The notes under the pieces are model-generated. The model searched no databases. It was not told the DNA's origin and worked only from the letters and a program-made list of their open reading frames with translations. This document shows, piece after piece, positions 24,395-34,914 of a stretch of DNA of 64,000 nt. Origin of the DNA: Lachnospiraceae bacterium (lineage in GTDB: Bacteria; Bacillota; Clostridia; Lachnospirales; Lachnospiraceae). Both the position numbers and the translations under genes were made by a program. The first letter of the stretch is position 1. Each line of letters starts with the position of its first letter. The stretch is from NCBI GenBank assembly GCA_009774235.1, contig VSNJ01000001.1, forward strand, positions 3,872 to 67,871. Direction: 5' to 3'.

Positions 24395-25687
24395 TTACTG
24401 GTTAAGTAAAGCTGTGTAAGAAGCAGCATTATCTGTTTTAACCATATTAATAGCAAATGCATCATACTGGCTTGGATTTCCAAGGCGGTTTGTTATATTT
24501 GACTCTGTCTGCCCGTCACCACCGATATAATCTACCTCCAGGTTAAGAAGGTCATCATAATTCTGGAGAAGAGGCTGGTATGTTGAGCTTAAGAAGTTAT
24601 CAGAAGCATTATATATGTTCAGCCATACTTTCTTTGAGGCATGTGAACCTTTGTCAAGCTGTTTTGATACAGGTTCATAAACCTTTGTAGAATCTGTGAA
24701 GTCCTGGTAGTTTTCGGAAGTAACTGCAACGTTTAATGCATAATATGAACGGTGTTCTGAATCAAATACATATACATCATCACTTAATACATTGCCTGCA
24801 TCATCTGCTGTACCAATACCTGTATCAATATCTGCCCCGTCAAGTGCATTGCGTAGAACACGGAGTGTAAGGTATGCCTGTACGTCTGCATGCTGGCTGA
24901 TAGTCCCGCCATATCCGTCTGCGATAGCTGCAACTGCATCATTGTTTGCATCATATCCAAATGTAGGTACTTTATTATCTTTTGACCATGCATTGAACAT
25001 TGACATTCCCATTCCATCGTTATTTGATACTACTATATCAATACTGTCACCAAATGATGATGACCATGTGCCTATTGCGTTACCAGCTGTAGCTGCATCC
25101 CATGTAGCACCAGCAGAGTTTTTCATTTCCTGTGAAGCAAGTTCACGTACTACATATTTCTTTCCGCCAGCTTCGATTTCACCATCTTTTACAGCAGAAG
25201 CGGAACCATCTGTATTAGTACCAACTGGGTCACTGTTGGTATCACCATCTTTCTCAACTCCTGTACCAAGTGCCTTACGTACACCTCTTGTACGTGCAAT
25301 GGAATCATTGTGTCCAATATCACCAATAGCAAGGACATAACCGATTACGCCATCACCGTTGCGGTCGATTTTGTCAATGTTATTTTTAATATAATCACTA
25401 ACCATTGTACCCTGGAGTTCTGCACCTTGGTTTGCATCAAAACCTACATAATATGTGTCATCATTATATGAAAGTGCAGTCATGTCAAGTTCACCTGTAG
25501 AACTGTTAGATGGCTGGCGGTTAAACCATACTAAAGGTTTATCTTTATTTGCCACCTCTGATGATGAGCCTTTTTTGTCTGATGAGCCTGAGTTGCCTGA
25601 TGAACTATTATCAGGATTAGAACCACATGCTGCCAGTGAAAGGCTAAGAACTGTTACCATTGCCATTGAAATAATTTTTTTCTTCAT
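24395..25687 (-). CDS. mglB: Galactoside-binding lipoprotein, circularly permuted MglB
   Basis: Lipobox LAAC; PLVWFNRQP, YYVGFDA, DRNGDG, GHNDSIAR, NNDGM; normal N-terminal motifs sit at the C-terminus. Confidence 0.85.
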   Translation of the reverse strand: MKKKIISMAMVTVLSLSLAACGSNPDNSSSGNSGSSDKKGSSSEVANKDKPLVWFNRQPSNSSTGELDMTALSYNDDTYYVGFDANQGAELQGTMVSDYIKNNIDKIDRNGDGVIGYVLAIGDIGHNDSIARTRGVRKALGTGVEKDGDTNSDPVGTNTDGSASAVKDGEIEAGGKKYVVRELASQEMKNSAGATWDAATAGNAIGTWSSSFGDSIDIVVSNNDGMGMSMFNAWSKDNKVPTFGYDANNDAVAAIADGYGGTISQHADVQAYLTLRVLRNALDGADIDTGIGTADDAGNVLSDDVYVFDSEHRSYYALNVAVTSENYQDFTDSTKVYEPVSKQLDKGSHASKKVWLNIYNASDNFLSSTYQPLLQNYDDLLNLEVDYIGGDGQTESNITNRLGNPSQYDAFAINMVKTDNAASYTALLNQ

Positions 25688-25962
25688 ACTCATTTCTCCC
25701 TTCTCTTTTACACTTTGTACGTGCTCTTTGTTGATATTGACAGTATATCCGGTATTATAAGAATAAAATATAGAATATTTTTTGCTTGTCATTGAAAATT
25801 TTAAGGTTTTTATTGGTAATATATAACAATAAGTTGTAAAAAACAGATATTTTTATAGGTTGGTTTTATATATTGCTTATACAGAATTAAAAAATATATA
25901 ATATGAATATACTGGAACTGTACCAGTGTGGCTGGTATTATGACAGAATAAGAAAAAAAGAT

Positions 25963-26053
25963 GCTGTCACAATAAGAATGAAGAATACAAGATATAGTAT
26001 TTTGATAAAATGAAATTCCTATAACTTGTATGGTGTTTTCTTAATGTGGCAGC
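25963..26053. repeat. Long imperfect hairpin (REP-like or terminator)
   Basis: GCTGTCACAATAAGAA..TACAAG / CTTGTA..TTCTTAATGTGGCAGC. Confidence 0.55.
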
Positions 26054-26131
26054 CTCATATTTTCAGGAATTAAAAATCCCTAAGTGAGTTGTCTTTTCTT
26101 TTCCCAATCCTGCATTAATATAAATATTAAT

Positions 26132-28858
26132 CTAATTTGCTAAATGAAGAGAAAAAGGTTGTGTTAATGTAAATTCCTTTCCATATTTCTTACTGTTGTT
26201 AAATTTAAGACCTGCTTCTAATATTACATAATGATAGTTTTTTTCTTTGTCACCTTTTTTATAGTATCTTATGGTAATTGATGTTTTTATTACAGGTTTG
26301 CCATTTTCAATTGTAATGTCGTATGAATTGTTATAGCCAAATTCATATTTATTTGAAAGGCTGCTATCTGAGAGAGTATAACCATAAATTTCAAAAGCGC
26401 CTCCAGACATAAGTTCTGTCTTTGACTGGAAATTTTTATTATGTGTAATGTTTTTAATCTGGTTTAAAGATTCTATATCTGGACGTTTCTGGTTCTGGTC
26501 ATAAAGTTTACAAAACTGTTCTGTAAAGTATCTGGCATTATCTTTTGTAAAGGTATATATTTCAAATACTGAAGATGTAATTATATTATAATCTTCATAA
26601 CTGTAATCATAATTATATTTAATTATAAATAACTGGTCTTCTATATAAAATGCAGTTTCATCTTCGCCATCATTGTCAAAATCACTATTTATAAGTTCTG
26701 GAAGGTTTATTTCTGGAAAGTTTACATCTATTCCTTTCTGGGCTTTTTTTATGCCATGTACACTGTAATGTCCGGAACCTGTATAGATTAGGAGGGCGCT
26801 TGAATCATGTCTGGCATTTAGATAGTATAATGCTTGGTTTTCTGTAAGATTGCCCAAATAAGTCATTCTCATTTCATTTATAATCCTGGTTTCATGTTCC
26901 ATAACTTCTTTAAAATCTTCATCTTTTATATTATTAAGGCTTTTTAAGATTTCATTATCTATATTTCCACTAAATACGCCATAAGTATAGTTTAACACCA
27001 TTCCTTTATCTTTATAAAATTTATCCCATTTAGCCTGTTTGTTTTTATAATAATTAATTGGTATGGCATTTGAATATTTACTGGCAAAATCTAGTGCTAC
27101 AGGTACATTATAATGTTCTTTTTTAGTTGTATTATAAGTATAATTTTCAAGTCCTTTTTTAACAGACTTTTCTATTTTTTTATCATTAAGCGGAAGCTGC
27201 CATTCATATTTTGTATATGTGAAGTTATCAGACTGTTTCTCTGTATCATCATCAAATATATAGTAGCCTTCTATTTCTTCTGCTTCCAATATATTTTTAT
27301 TATTCTGTGTATTAAATTTATAGGCACGGTATGAATGGTGTGTGTTAGTAACAAATATTCCATCTTTTATTGAAACAGGTTCTCCTGAGCTGCTGCATGC
27401 CATAAATGTTAAAAATTCTACTTCTTTGCTGTCTGTATCATAGTAATATACATTTGCATATGAAGAGGCAGAGGTATCGTTAGAAATTTCAAATGTCTTT
27501 TCAGTTACAAAAAGGAGTGGTATGTTATCTTCTGTATATTGTATACTGAAATATAAATTATCTGTACTGGCAGGCTGGTCTGGTTCAAGACGGTATATCC
27601 ATTCAGGGCGGGATAATATATCCTTTTTCATAAATTTTTCAAATGCTTTAATCCTGTTATCTGCAGCAGGGTTATTTATAGGTCTTTCGGTACTTAAAGA
27701 TTCAGGCACAGTTGTGTTTACAGGGTTTAAGGCTGTCTGGCCTTTATTAACTGCCTGGTTTTTATTAACAGAGGATGTACTTCCGCTTGTCATGCCGCAG
27801 CCTGCAAGTATAACAGAAAAGGCTGTTACTAGGGCTATATGGTATTTTTTTAGCCTTCTTTTTTTAGTTATCATTATTAATCTCTCCTTTAAATTAGTTT
27901 TGCTGCTTCCAAGGGATGTTGTAATGCAAAACCTGCCTGGGCGGCTTTTCTGGCTTAGTGTTAAAAGCATTTTGCCATAATCATACCTTTCATTATTATT
28001 GCAGCTTTTTAAAACTGCTTCATCACATGCAAGTTCTGCATCTTGTTTTGAATAAAATGCTGCTATCCAGACAAAAGGATAGAACCAGTATATGCCAAGA
28101 CATATTGTCCGGAGCAGTGCCCATATATTGTCTTTATGTTTAATATGTGTATATTCGTGTGCTAAAATTTGTGTTAAGTATTTTTCTTTGATATTATTGT
28201 CTGCTGGAAGATAAACAGCAGGATGGATTATGCCTGTAAGACATGGGGTCTTTACAATATATGATATGTATACGGGTATATTACTGCTGCTTTTAAACAT
28301 AAGTTGCCTGCTTCTTTTGAGTTTTTTGTAAAATATTGAATTGGATATTATGATAAATATAAAGAATATTATACTTCCTGATATCCATATAACAGCTGCA
28401 GGTTTTATAAACTTGTTTTGTGTTTGTGGTTTTGTGTCTTTAGCCAGGTCTGCAGGTATATTTTCTTCAATATTTTTTATATCTGGTTCTCCGCTTGTAA
28501 TTATTATATTATTTTTAACTGTGCTATTTATATTAGTATTTTTCTCATTTTTGTTTATAAACTGTTTTGTTGTATTTTTATTGTTGGTTTTATTGTTATT
28601 TTTATTTTCTTCTGGTTTATTATTAATTGTAGTTTTTTCTTCTTTGGCGGGCTGGACATTTTTCTTATTGTCTGTAATATTTACCAGGTTCATTATGCTT
28701 AAAGGGCTTTCAATAATGGTTACTGGAACCAGAAGGCGTAAAAGCACTAATCCCCATAATGGGTATAATACTAAAAAACTTAATTTATTTTTAAACAGAA
28801 ACCTTATAATAAGGATTACAATTACCATTAAGGCTGATGTGAGAAATAGTGTAACCAT
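26132..28858 (-). CDS. BlaR1/MecR1-like M56 metallopeptidase with large extracellular region
   Basis: LWGLVLLRLLVP, ILAHEYTHIKHKD, YWFYPFVW, ELACDE; directly downstream of blaI-like gene. Confidence 0.9.
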   Translation of the reverse strand: MVTLFLTSALMVIVILIIRFLFKNKLSFLVLYPLWGLVLLRLLVPVTIIESPLSIMNLVNITDNKKNVQPAKEEKTTINNKPEENKNNNKTNNKNTTKQFINKNEKNTNINSTVKNNIIITSGEPDIKNIEENIPADLAKDTKPQTQNKFIKPAAVIWISGSIIFFIFIIISNSIFYKKLKRSRQLMFKSSSNIPVYISYIVKTPCLTGIIHPAVYLPADNNIKEKYLTQILAHEYTHIKHKDNIWALLRTICLGIYWFYPFVWIAAFYSKQDAELACDEAVLKSCNNNERYDYGKMLLTLSQKSRPGRFCITTSLGSSKTNLKERLIMITKKRRLKKYHIALVTAFSVILAGCGMTSGSTSSVNKNQAVNKGQTALNPVNTTVPESLSTERPINNPAADNRIKAFEKFMKKDILSRPEWIYRLEPDQPASTDNLYFSIQYTEDNIPLLFVTEKTFEISNDTSASSYANVYYYDTDSKEVEFLTFMACSSSGEPVSIKDGIFVTNTHHSYRAYKFNTQNNKNILEAEEIEGYYIFDDDTEKQSDNFTYTKYEWQLPLNDKKIEKSVKKGLENYTYNTTKKEHYNVPVALDFASKYSNAIPINYYKNKQAKWDKFYKDKGMVLNYTYGVFSGNIDNEILKSLNNIKDEDFKEVMEHETRIINEMRMTYLGNLTENQALYYLNARHDSSALLIYTGSGHYSVHGIKKAQKGIDVNFPEINLPELINSDFDNDGEDETAFYIEDQLFIIKYNYDYSYEDYNIITSSVFEIYTFTKDNARYFTEQFCKLYDQNQKRPDIESLNQIKNITHNKNFQSKTELMSGGAFEIYGYTLSDSSLSNKYEFGYNNSYDITIENGKPVIKTSITIRYYKKGDKEKNYHYVILEAGLKFNNSKKYGKEFTLTQPFSLHLAN

Positions 28859-28904
28859 GTCTGCCTCCCATCCTGGATGTAGATTTTTGTATTATTATAT
28901 GTAT

Positions 28905-29267
28905 TTATTTTTTTAACTTTTGTAATATCTGTTCAAGTTCTGATATATCCTGGTCACTGAGTTCATTTTTGGCCACAAGTGCGGACATCATCATGCTTAT
29001 GCTGCCATTATAGATACGGTTTAGGAAATTTCTTGTTTCTTTATGTGCAACTTCATCACGCCTGGTATTTGTATAGAAATATTTTGTACGTCCTTTTTCT
29101 TCATGCCTGATAAGATTTTTTTCTTCCATACGTTTGAGCATTGTTGCACAGGTGCTTTTCGCCCAGCCTTGTGTTTTATTAAGCTTTGTGAAGATGGACA
29201 TAAGGGTCTGTGGTTCTTCTTCCCATAGACATTCTAGTACATACCATTCACTTCCTGTTACTTTCAC
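28905..29267 (-). CDS. BlaI/MecI/CopY family repressor
   Basis: SEWYVLECLW, WAKSTCATMLKRM, FLNRIYNGS; GTG start with AAGGAGG. Confidence 0.9.
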   Translation of the reverse strand: MKVTGSEWYVLECLWEEEPQTLMSIFTKLNKTQGWAKSTCATMLKRMEEKNLIRHEEKGRTKYFYTNTRRDEVAHKETRNFLNRIYNGSISMMMSALVAKNELSDQDISELEQILQKLKK

Positions 29268-29294
29268 TATTTATATACCTCCTTACATTATTTG

Positions 29295-29340
29295 GTCTAA
29301 TCTGTAGACTTATAATAACACTATAGGTCTATATTGTCAA
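29295..29340 (-). promoter_or_regulatory. sigmaA promoter of blaI-like gene with palindromic operator
   Basis: TTGACA-17-TATTAT on minus strand; palindrome GTCTA-N5-TAGAC at 29295-29309 overlapping +1. Confidence 0.65.
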
Positions 29341-29485
29341 CCAGTTTTGCTATCTTTTTATTTCCTTTTATTACATAATATGGTAATGTTATGGATGTAT
29401 ATATGTGTTTGTGTATTGCGAATATATACTTGGCTTTTGCAAAAAATATGGTATCAGGATTTTTTATGAATGGAGGGATAGTATA

Positions 29486-31435
29486 ATGAAGGATAATTTT
29501 ATAAAGGTTGCTGCTATTACGCCAGATATACGGGTGGGTGATACAGAGTTTAATACAGAAAGTATTATTAAAGATATCCATGCAGCAGCAGAAGAAGGGG
29601 TTAAACTTGCTGTTTTTCCAGAGTTATGTATAACTGGTTACACATGTGGCGACCTTTTTCTGCAGGATACGCTTTTAAATGGAGCCATAGACGGGCTTGC
29701 AAAAATTTGTAATACATCAGATGATATTGATATGGTTATTGTTGCAGGGCTTCCTTTTATGTATATGGGCAGGCTCTATAATGTTGCTGCTGTAATCCAT
29801 AATGGTATTTTGCTTGGCATGGTTCCTAAACAGAATATCCCTAATTATTCTGAGTTCTATGAGGCAAGACATTTTGCACCAGCACCTTCTAAAACAGATA
29901 TTATTAATATCCCAGGGCTTGGTGTAGCTGGTGAGGGTATAAGTTTTGGTGCAAAGATTCTGTTCGAGGCTTTAAATATGCCTGGTTTTATGCTTGGCAT
30001 AGATATATGTGAGGATTTGTGGATGCCTGTGCCTCCGTCATGTTACCATGTGATGGCTTCTGCAACTGTTATTGCTAACTTATCTGCAAGCGATGAAACG
30101 ACGGGTAAGAATAATTACCGTAAGGAACTTGTAAGCAGCCAGTCTGCAAGGCTTGTGTGTGGTTATATCTATGCGGATGCAGGGGAGGGGGAGTCTTCTA
30201 CAGACCTTGTTTTCTCAGGCCATAATATTATTGCAGAAAATGGTATTGTACTTGCTGAGTCAGAACGGTTTAACAACCAGATGGTTATTAGTGAAATAGA
30301 CCTTGGAAGACTTGCAAGTGAAAGAAGGCGTATAACAACTTTTAATATAAAATCTCCTGCTGAATCAGGGTATATGGTAATGGGATTTGAATTTTGTGAC
30401 ATTTCTGAAACTGTGCTTACAAGGAAATATCCACGTACCCCGTTTGTTCCAGGAAATAAATCTGATATGGAACAACGCTGTAGTGAAATACTGGATATCC
30501 AGGCAATGGGGCTTAAGAAACGTCTTGCACATACAAATTGTAAAAATGCGGTAGTGGGCATATCGGGAGGGCTTGATTCAACCCTTGCGTTAATTGTAAC
30601 TGTAAAGGCATTTGATATGCTTGGGCTTGACAGAAGTGGTATACAGTCTGTTACTATGCCTTGTTTTGGGACTACTGGCAGGACATATAATAATTCGTGT
30701 AATCTTGCTAAAAAGCTTGGTACTACGTTAAAAGAAGTTCCAATACATGAGGCTGTAAACCTGCATTTCCGTGATATTGGACATGATAGTAGTGAGCATG
30801 ATGTTACTTATGAAAATGCACAGGCAAGACAGCGTACTTTTATACTTATGGATATAGCAAACCAGGCGGGTGGCATGGTAGTAGGTACTGGAGATATGTC
30901 TGAACTTGCACTTGGATGGGCGACATACAATGGTGACCATATGTCTATGTATGGTGTAAACTGTTCTGTCCCTAAGACACTTGTAAGGTATCTTGTACTT
31001 TATTATGCCAGGACATGCAATGACAAGGAACTGGGTGATATTCTTATGGATGTGCTTGATACGCCTGTAAGCCCTGAACTCCTGCCGCCAAAGGATGGTG
31101 AAATATCACAGAAGACAGAAGACCTTGTAGGTCCTTATGAACTGCATGACTTTTTCTTGTATTATATGATGCGTTTTGGGTATACGCCTTCTAAAATATA
31201 CAGGCTTGCAAAATATACTTTTGACGGGGCTTATAGTGAAGATATAATATATAAATGGCTGTGTACATTTTACCGCAGGTTCTTTTCACAGCAGTTTAAA
31301 CGTTCATGTCTTCCAGATGGCCCAAAAGTGGGAAGTGTTGCACTTTCACCACGTGGTGACTGGAGAATGCCAAGTGATGCATCTGTAAATATGTGGATAA
31401 AAGATTTAGAACAAATAAAGGCTTGCAATAACTAA
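29486..31435 (+). CDS. nadE: Glutamine-dependent NAD+ synthetase
   Basis: Nitrilase domain (FPEL, PNYSEFYEAR, ICEDLW) plus GISGGLDST, ENAQAR, QQFKRSCLPDGPK. Confidence 0.95.
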   Translation: MKDNFIKVAAITPDIRVGDTEFNTESIIKDIHAAAEEGVKLAVFPELCITGYTCGDLFLQDTLLNGAIDGLAKICNTSDDIDMVIVAGLPFMYMGRLYNVAAVIHNGILLGMVPKQNIPNYSEFYEARHFAPAPSKTDIINIPGLGVAGEGISFGAKILFEALNMPGFMLGIDICEDLWMPVPPSCYHVMASATVIANLSASDETTGKNNYRKELVSSQSARLVCGYIYADAGEGESSTDLVFSGHNIIAENGIVLAESERFNNQMVISEIDLGRLASERRRITTFNIKSPAESGYMVMGFEFCDISETVLTRKYPRTPFVPGNKSDMEQRCSEILDIQAMGLKKRLAHTNCKNAVVGISGGLDSTLALIVTVKAFDMLGLDRSGIQSVTMPCFGTTGRTYNNSCNLAKKLGTTLKEVPIHEAVNLHFRDIGHDSSEHDVTYENAQARQRTFILMDIANQAGGMVVGTGDMSELALGWATYNGDHMSMYGVNCSVPKTLVRYLVLYYARTCNDKELGDILMDVLDTPVSPELLPPKDGEISQKTEDLVGPYELHDFFLYYMMRFGYTPSKIYRLAKYTFDGAYSEDIIYKWLCTFYRRFFSQQFKRSCLPDGPKVGSVALSPRGDWRMPSDASVNMWIKDLEQIKACNN

Positions 31436-31445
31436 TTTAAAATAT

Positions 31446-33569
31446 ATGGAGGGCAGCATGGATTTATTATACAGGCTTTTTTATACAATATTTTCTATGA
31501 GTGTTATAATTGCTGTAATTGTGCCAGTTGTCCTTGTGCTGCGGCTGCTGCTTGCCAAAGCGCCAAAGATATGTATTGTATATTTATGGCTTCTGGTTTT
31601 CTTCAGGGGTATATGCCCAGTAGCTTTATCGAGTACATTTAGCATTGTGAAGGCATGGAACAGGAAGTTTCATGTACTGCTGTCCCAGACTGGTCTTGAG
31701 GTGGCTGGCAGTACAGGTATTATGAAAGGCTGGACCAATGTATTTACTAATGATATTTCTGTTAATAGAAGTTATATGGCATGTACTTATATATGGTGTG
31801 CAGGAATGGCGGGTTTGTGTATAATTTTATTTGTGCATAGAAGAAAATCAAAGGGTGTAATTAAGGATGCTGTGCATATATATGACAGGGTGTACCAGTC
31901 TAAAGGGCTGGAAAGCCCGGTTATAACAGGGATTTTTGTTTTGAAACAGTATCTTCCCGCAGATATAAAGGTGAATGATATAAAATATCTTTTACAGCAT
32001 TTTGAAGCACATAGAAAAAGAAAAGATGGTATAAAAAGATTTTTGGCTTCTTTGGTAGTTATTGTACATTGGTTTAATCCATTAATATGGGTTGCATATC
32101 ATTTCCTGTCTGTTGATATTGAAATGGCAGCAGATGAAATGGTTGTTAAAAATAACGGGCAGGCTTCTGCAAATGGATATGCACAGGAAATTTTTAATTT
32201 AAAAGAAATTTCTAATAAAGGAATACTTTCTCCTTGTTTTTCTGGTGAAAGGTATTTACAGCCAAGGGTATACAGACTGTTACACATACAACAAGGAAGC
32301 AAGGGATATGTCTGTCTTGCTTTGCTTATGCTGTTTTTGTGTTTTGCATGGATATTTTTGTTAAGGCCATTACAGATATTGTGGGCTGGAGGTACATGGG
32401 GAATAGAATATGAAACAGGAACAGACAGCAGTCTTTTTAATGACAAAGAAGATATTGTTGTGGCAAGCCTTGATACAACTTCACCTTCTGGGTTTGGAAG
32501 AACTTTGCAGCTTGTAATGACATCAGGTACATATGATAATAGCAGTGGTTATACTGGTGATTTTATTATAAGGTTAAGTGATGGTTATGACCCAGAGATT
32601 GCCAAAGCAGAACTTAATTATTATTTTAATGATATAAAAGATGGAAATATGCATTTTGGAGAAGGAACAAAGTTATATGCATATGATTACAATGGTGATG
32701 GCACAAATGAAATTGTAATTGGCCAGCAGGTGGAAGTGTCTGGCAGCAGGTGGAAGGAAATAACTGGTTCTAAAAGAAAAGGAAATGGGTTTTTAAATGA
32801 ATATTATATCTGGAATATTGAGGAAACTTCATTAAAAAAGGTTTCAGATGCAATTTATGATACATCAGGCAAAGAGCCCGCATCATGCCAGTTTGATATA
32901 CCTGAAATGACTACCAGGGTATTTATTACAGAACTTCAAGGTAAAAAGATGTACTATGTATGGAATACAGGACAGGAAAGATACCAGCAGATGGAACTGG
33001 AGGAAGATGATATTAAAAAATACAGGACAGATTATAATGGTCCTGCTAGCGGAGATGGTGAAAAAAATTCGCATACTCTTGAAAGTAATGGAACTGCCCT
33101 TATAGAAATAAAAACACAAAAAGATGCAAGTGGAAGTGAAGTTATAAAGGAAATTATTTTAAATCCTGGCACATCTTCAAGGAAAATGAAAACAGCAGAA
33201 GGGTATTTCTGTGATATAAAATGGGTGATGGCTGCTGATGGAATTACAGGCAGGTATGCAGTCCTTATTTATAATGGGTTAAAAGCACAGACTTTTATAA
33301 TATATGATTTAGAAGAACAGGATGTATACTATTCCCATGAGGATGGTAATAATATTCTTAATGAAACTTATAAAAAATATAATGGGAACGATGCTAGGTT
33401 TAATGAGGAAAGTCCTACAGTATATACTCTTATGGAGAAAGACGGGGACACGCTTAAAATAGGTTTTGCTGCAAGTTCTAATGATGGGGCAGCAGTTAAT
33501 GGCAGCTATGTATATAATACAGTTACAAAAAATATTTCAAATTTTAGTTATATGCAGGACAAAAACTAA
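31446..33569 (+). CDS. BlaR1-like M56 family membrane protein with degenerate zinc motif
   Basis: YLWLLVFFR, HFEAHRKRKD, HWFNPLIW, EMAADE; start may be 31458. Confidence 0.8.
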   Translation: MEGSMDLLYRLFYTIFSMSVIIAVIVPVVLVLRLLLAKAPKICIVYLWLLVFFRGICPVALSSTFSIVKAWNRKFHVLLSQTGLEVAGSTGIMKGWTNVFTNDISVNRSYMACTYIWCAGMAGLCIILFVHRRKSKGVIKDAVHIYDRVYQSKGLESPVITGIFVLKQYLPADIKVNDIKYLLQHFEAHRKRKDGIKRFLASLVVIVHWFNPLIWVAYHFLSVDIEMAADEMVVKNNGQASANGYAQEIFNLKEISNKGILSPCFSGERYLQPRVYRLLHIQQGSKGYVCLALLMLFLCFAWIFLLRPLQILWAGGTWGIEYETGTDSSLFNDKEDIVVASLDTTSPSGFGRTLQLVMTSGTYDNSSGYTGDFIIRLSDGYDPEIAKAELNYYFNDIKDGNMHFGEGTKLYAYDYNGDGTNEIVIGQQVEVSGSRWKEITGSKRKGNGFLNEYYIWNIEETSLKKVSDAIYDTSGKEPASCQFDIPEMTTRVFITELQGKKMYYVWNTGQERYQQMELEEDDIKKYRTDYNGPASGDGEKNSHTLESNGTALIEIKTQKDASGSEVIKEIILNPGTSSRKMKTAEGYFCDIKWVMAADGITGRYAVLIYNGLKAQTFIIYDLEEQDVYYSHEDGNNILNETYKKYNGNDARFNEESPTVYTLMEKDGDTLKIGFAASSNDGAAVNGSYVYNTVTKNISNFSYMQDKN

Positions 33570-33618
33570 TGGAAAATACAAAAAGGGGATATCGTTGCTG
33601 GATATGTGCGGTACCCCT

Positions 33619-34092
33619 TTAAATGTTTTCAATATAGGATGTATATTTGTTAAAATTGCCTGAGTAGATTGTTTTAAGAAGTGAGTCAGCATTGCGCAGA
33701 GCTGCTGCTATAGTAGAATTTGACAATATTCCGCTTTCCATTGCATCAGCAAACTCATCCATGTCAACGACTTCAACGTGTCCGTCAGGATATATAAGTA
33801 TATCAATTAATAAGTCGTTAAATGTAAAGGAGTTAGTTTTGTTATTATATATTGTTTCAATAATATCACAGTACCAATATACAAGGGTGCCATTTTCATT
33901 AAATATTTTACTTACTTTGATGCCATCATTTATAAAATACGCAGAAATACCGTTGTTTATATCATGCCTGGGTTTTAAAACATCCCATTTTGTGATGATA
34001 ATGTTGTCTTTAAAATGTATAATATTGTCGTTTTTTAATTCAATTATTTCTTCAGGTATGAAACGTTTGCGGAATAGCCGTATATTGTCCAT
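33619..34092 (-). CDS. DUF402 domain protein
   Basis: YWYCDII, DLLIDILIYPDG, VVDMDEF. Confidence 0.8.
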   Translation of the reverse strand: MDNIRLFRKRFIPEEIIELKNDNIIHFKDNIIITKWDVLKPRHDINNGISAYFINDGIKVSKIFNENGTLVYWYCDIIETIYNNKTNSFTFNDLLIDILIYPDGHVEVVDMDEFADAMESGILSNSTIAAALRNADSLLKTIYSGNFNKYTSYIENI

Positions 34093-34256
34093 AATATGTC
34101 CCCATTCTATAATATATTTTGTGAAAAAAAGTATTGGAATAATTATAATAGTGTAATGATGTAATGTAAAGAAGTAATCATAATTTTTTTAAAAACATTT
34201 ATATAAAATCCTGCATAAAGCATAATTATATTTAATATTGTATAGTTGTTAATATA

Positions 34257-34422
34257 ACACAGGTTCCATGTTCCAGTTAAACATATTTTGTCCAGGGCAC
34301 GTTCCCACTGCATTGGAAACACAGCAGTACATAGAATTTGAAAAGACCAGATTCAAGCACTTGCGTTTCCAAAGCGCCCCTTTAATGGAATATGTTTAAC
34401 TGGGATATTGGAACTGCTGTGT
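34257..34422. repeat. Nested inverted-repeat element related to 563-816
   Basis: Outer IR 34257-34287/34389-34422; inner TTGGAAAC..GTTTCCAA; core aligns to reverse complement of 641-720. Confidence 0.7.
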
Positions 34423-34545
34423 AAATTATATGTTTAGTGCATATATATGCTTATTATAAATATTTGTGTAGACTTTTTTAGGACTATATCTTATAATAAT
34501 ATCTGGAAAGTAATACCATCTGTCTGTAAGGAGGAATGTAGCAAA

Positions 34546-34899
34546 TTGGAGGATAAAGACCATAAGGTTTTGAAAAGTTTTGTAATGATAACGCAAATCA
34601 GTGTTAATATGATGGTGCCAATATTTCTTTGTGCTGCGCTTGGTGTGTGGCTTAACAGGCTGCTTGGTACAGATGTCTGCTTTCTTGTGCTTGTGTTTAT
34701 AGGCATTGGTGCATCATTCCGGAATGTTTATATACTTACAAAATCATTTTATTCTGCTGATATGAAAAAAGAGCATGACAGAATTAAGTATATACAGGAA
34801 TTGAAAGATTATAGCAGTAGTCCTGGGGAGAAAGAGGAATATAAGGAAATAGTTAAGACAAAGCGTTATCCTGAAAACAAAGGGCCAGCTAGAAAGTAA
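34546..34899 (+). CDS. AtpZ/AtpI-family small membrane protein
   Basis: Two TM helices (ITQISVNMMVPIFL, LGVWLNRLLGT); TTG start after AAGGAGG; first gene of atp operon. Confidence 0.75.
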   Translation: MEDKDHKVLKSFVMITQISVNMMVPIFLCAALGVWLNRLLGTDVCFLVLVFIGIGASFRNVYILTKSFYSADMKKEHDRIKYIQELKDYSSSPGEKEEYKEIVKTKRYPENKGPARK

Positions 34900-34914
34900 A
34901 AGGGGTTTCTTGTA

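Noticed and set aside
26132..29267. Beta-lactam resistance locus
   Set aside because: No beta-lactamase or mecA nearby and no evident PBP-type sensor domain
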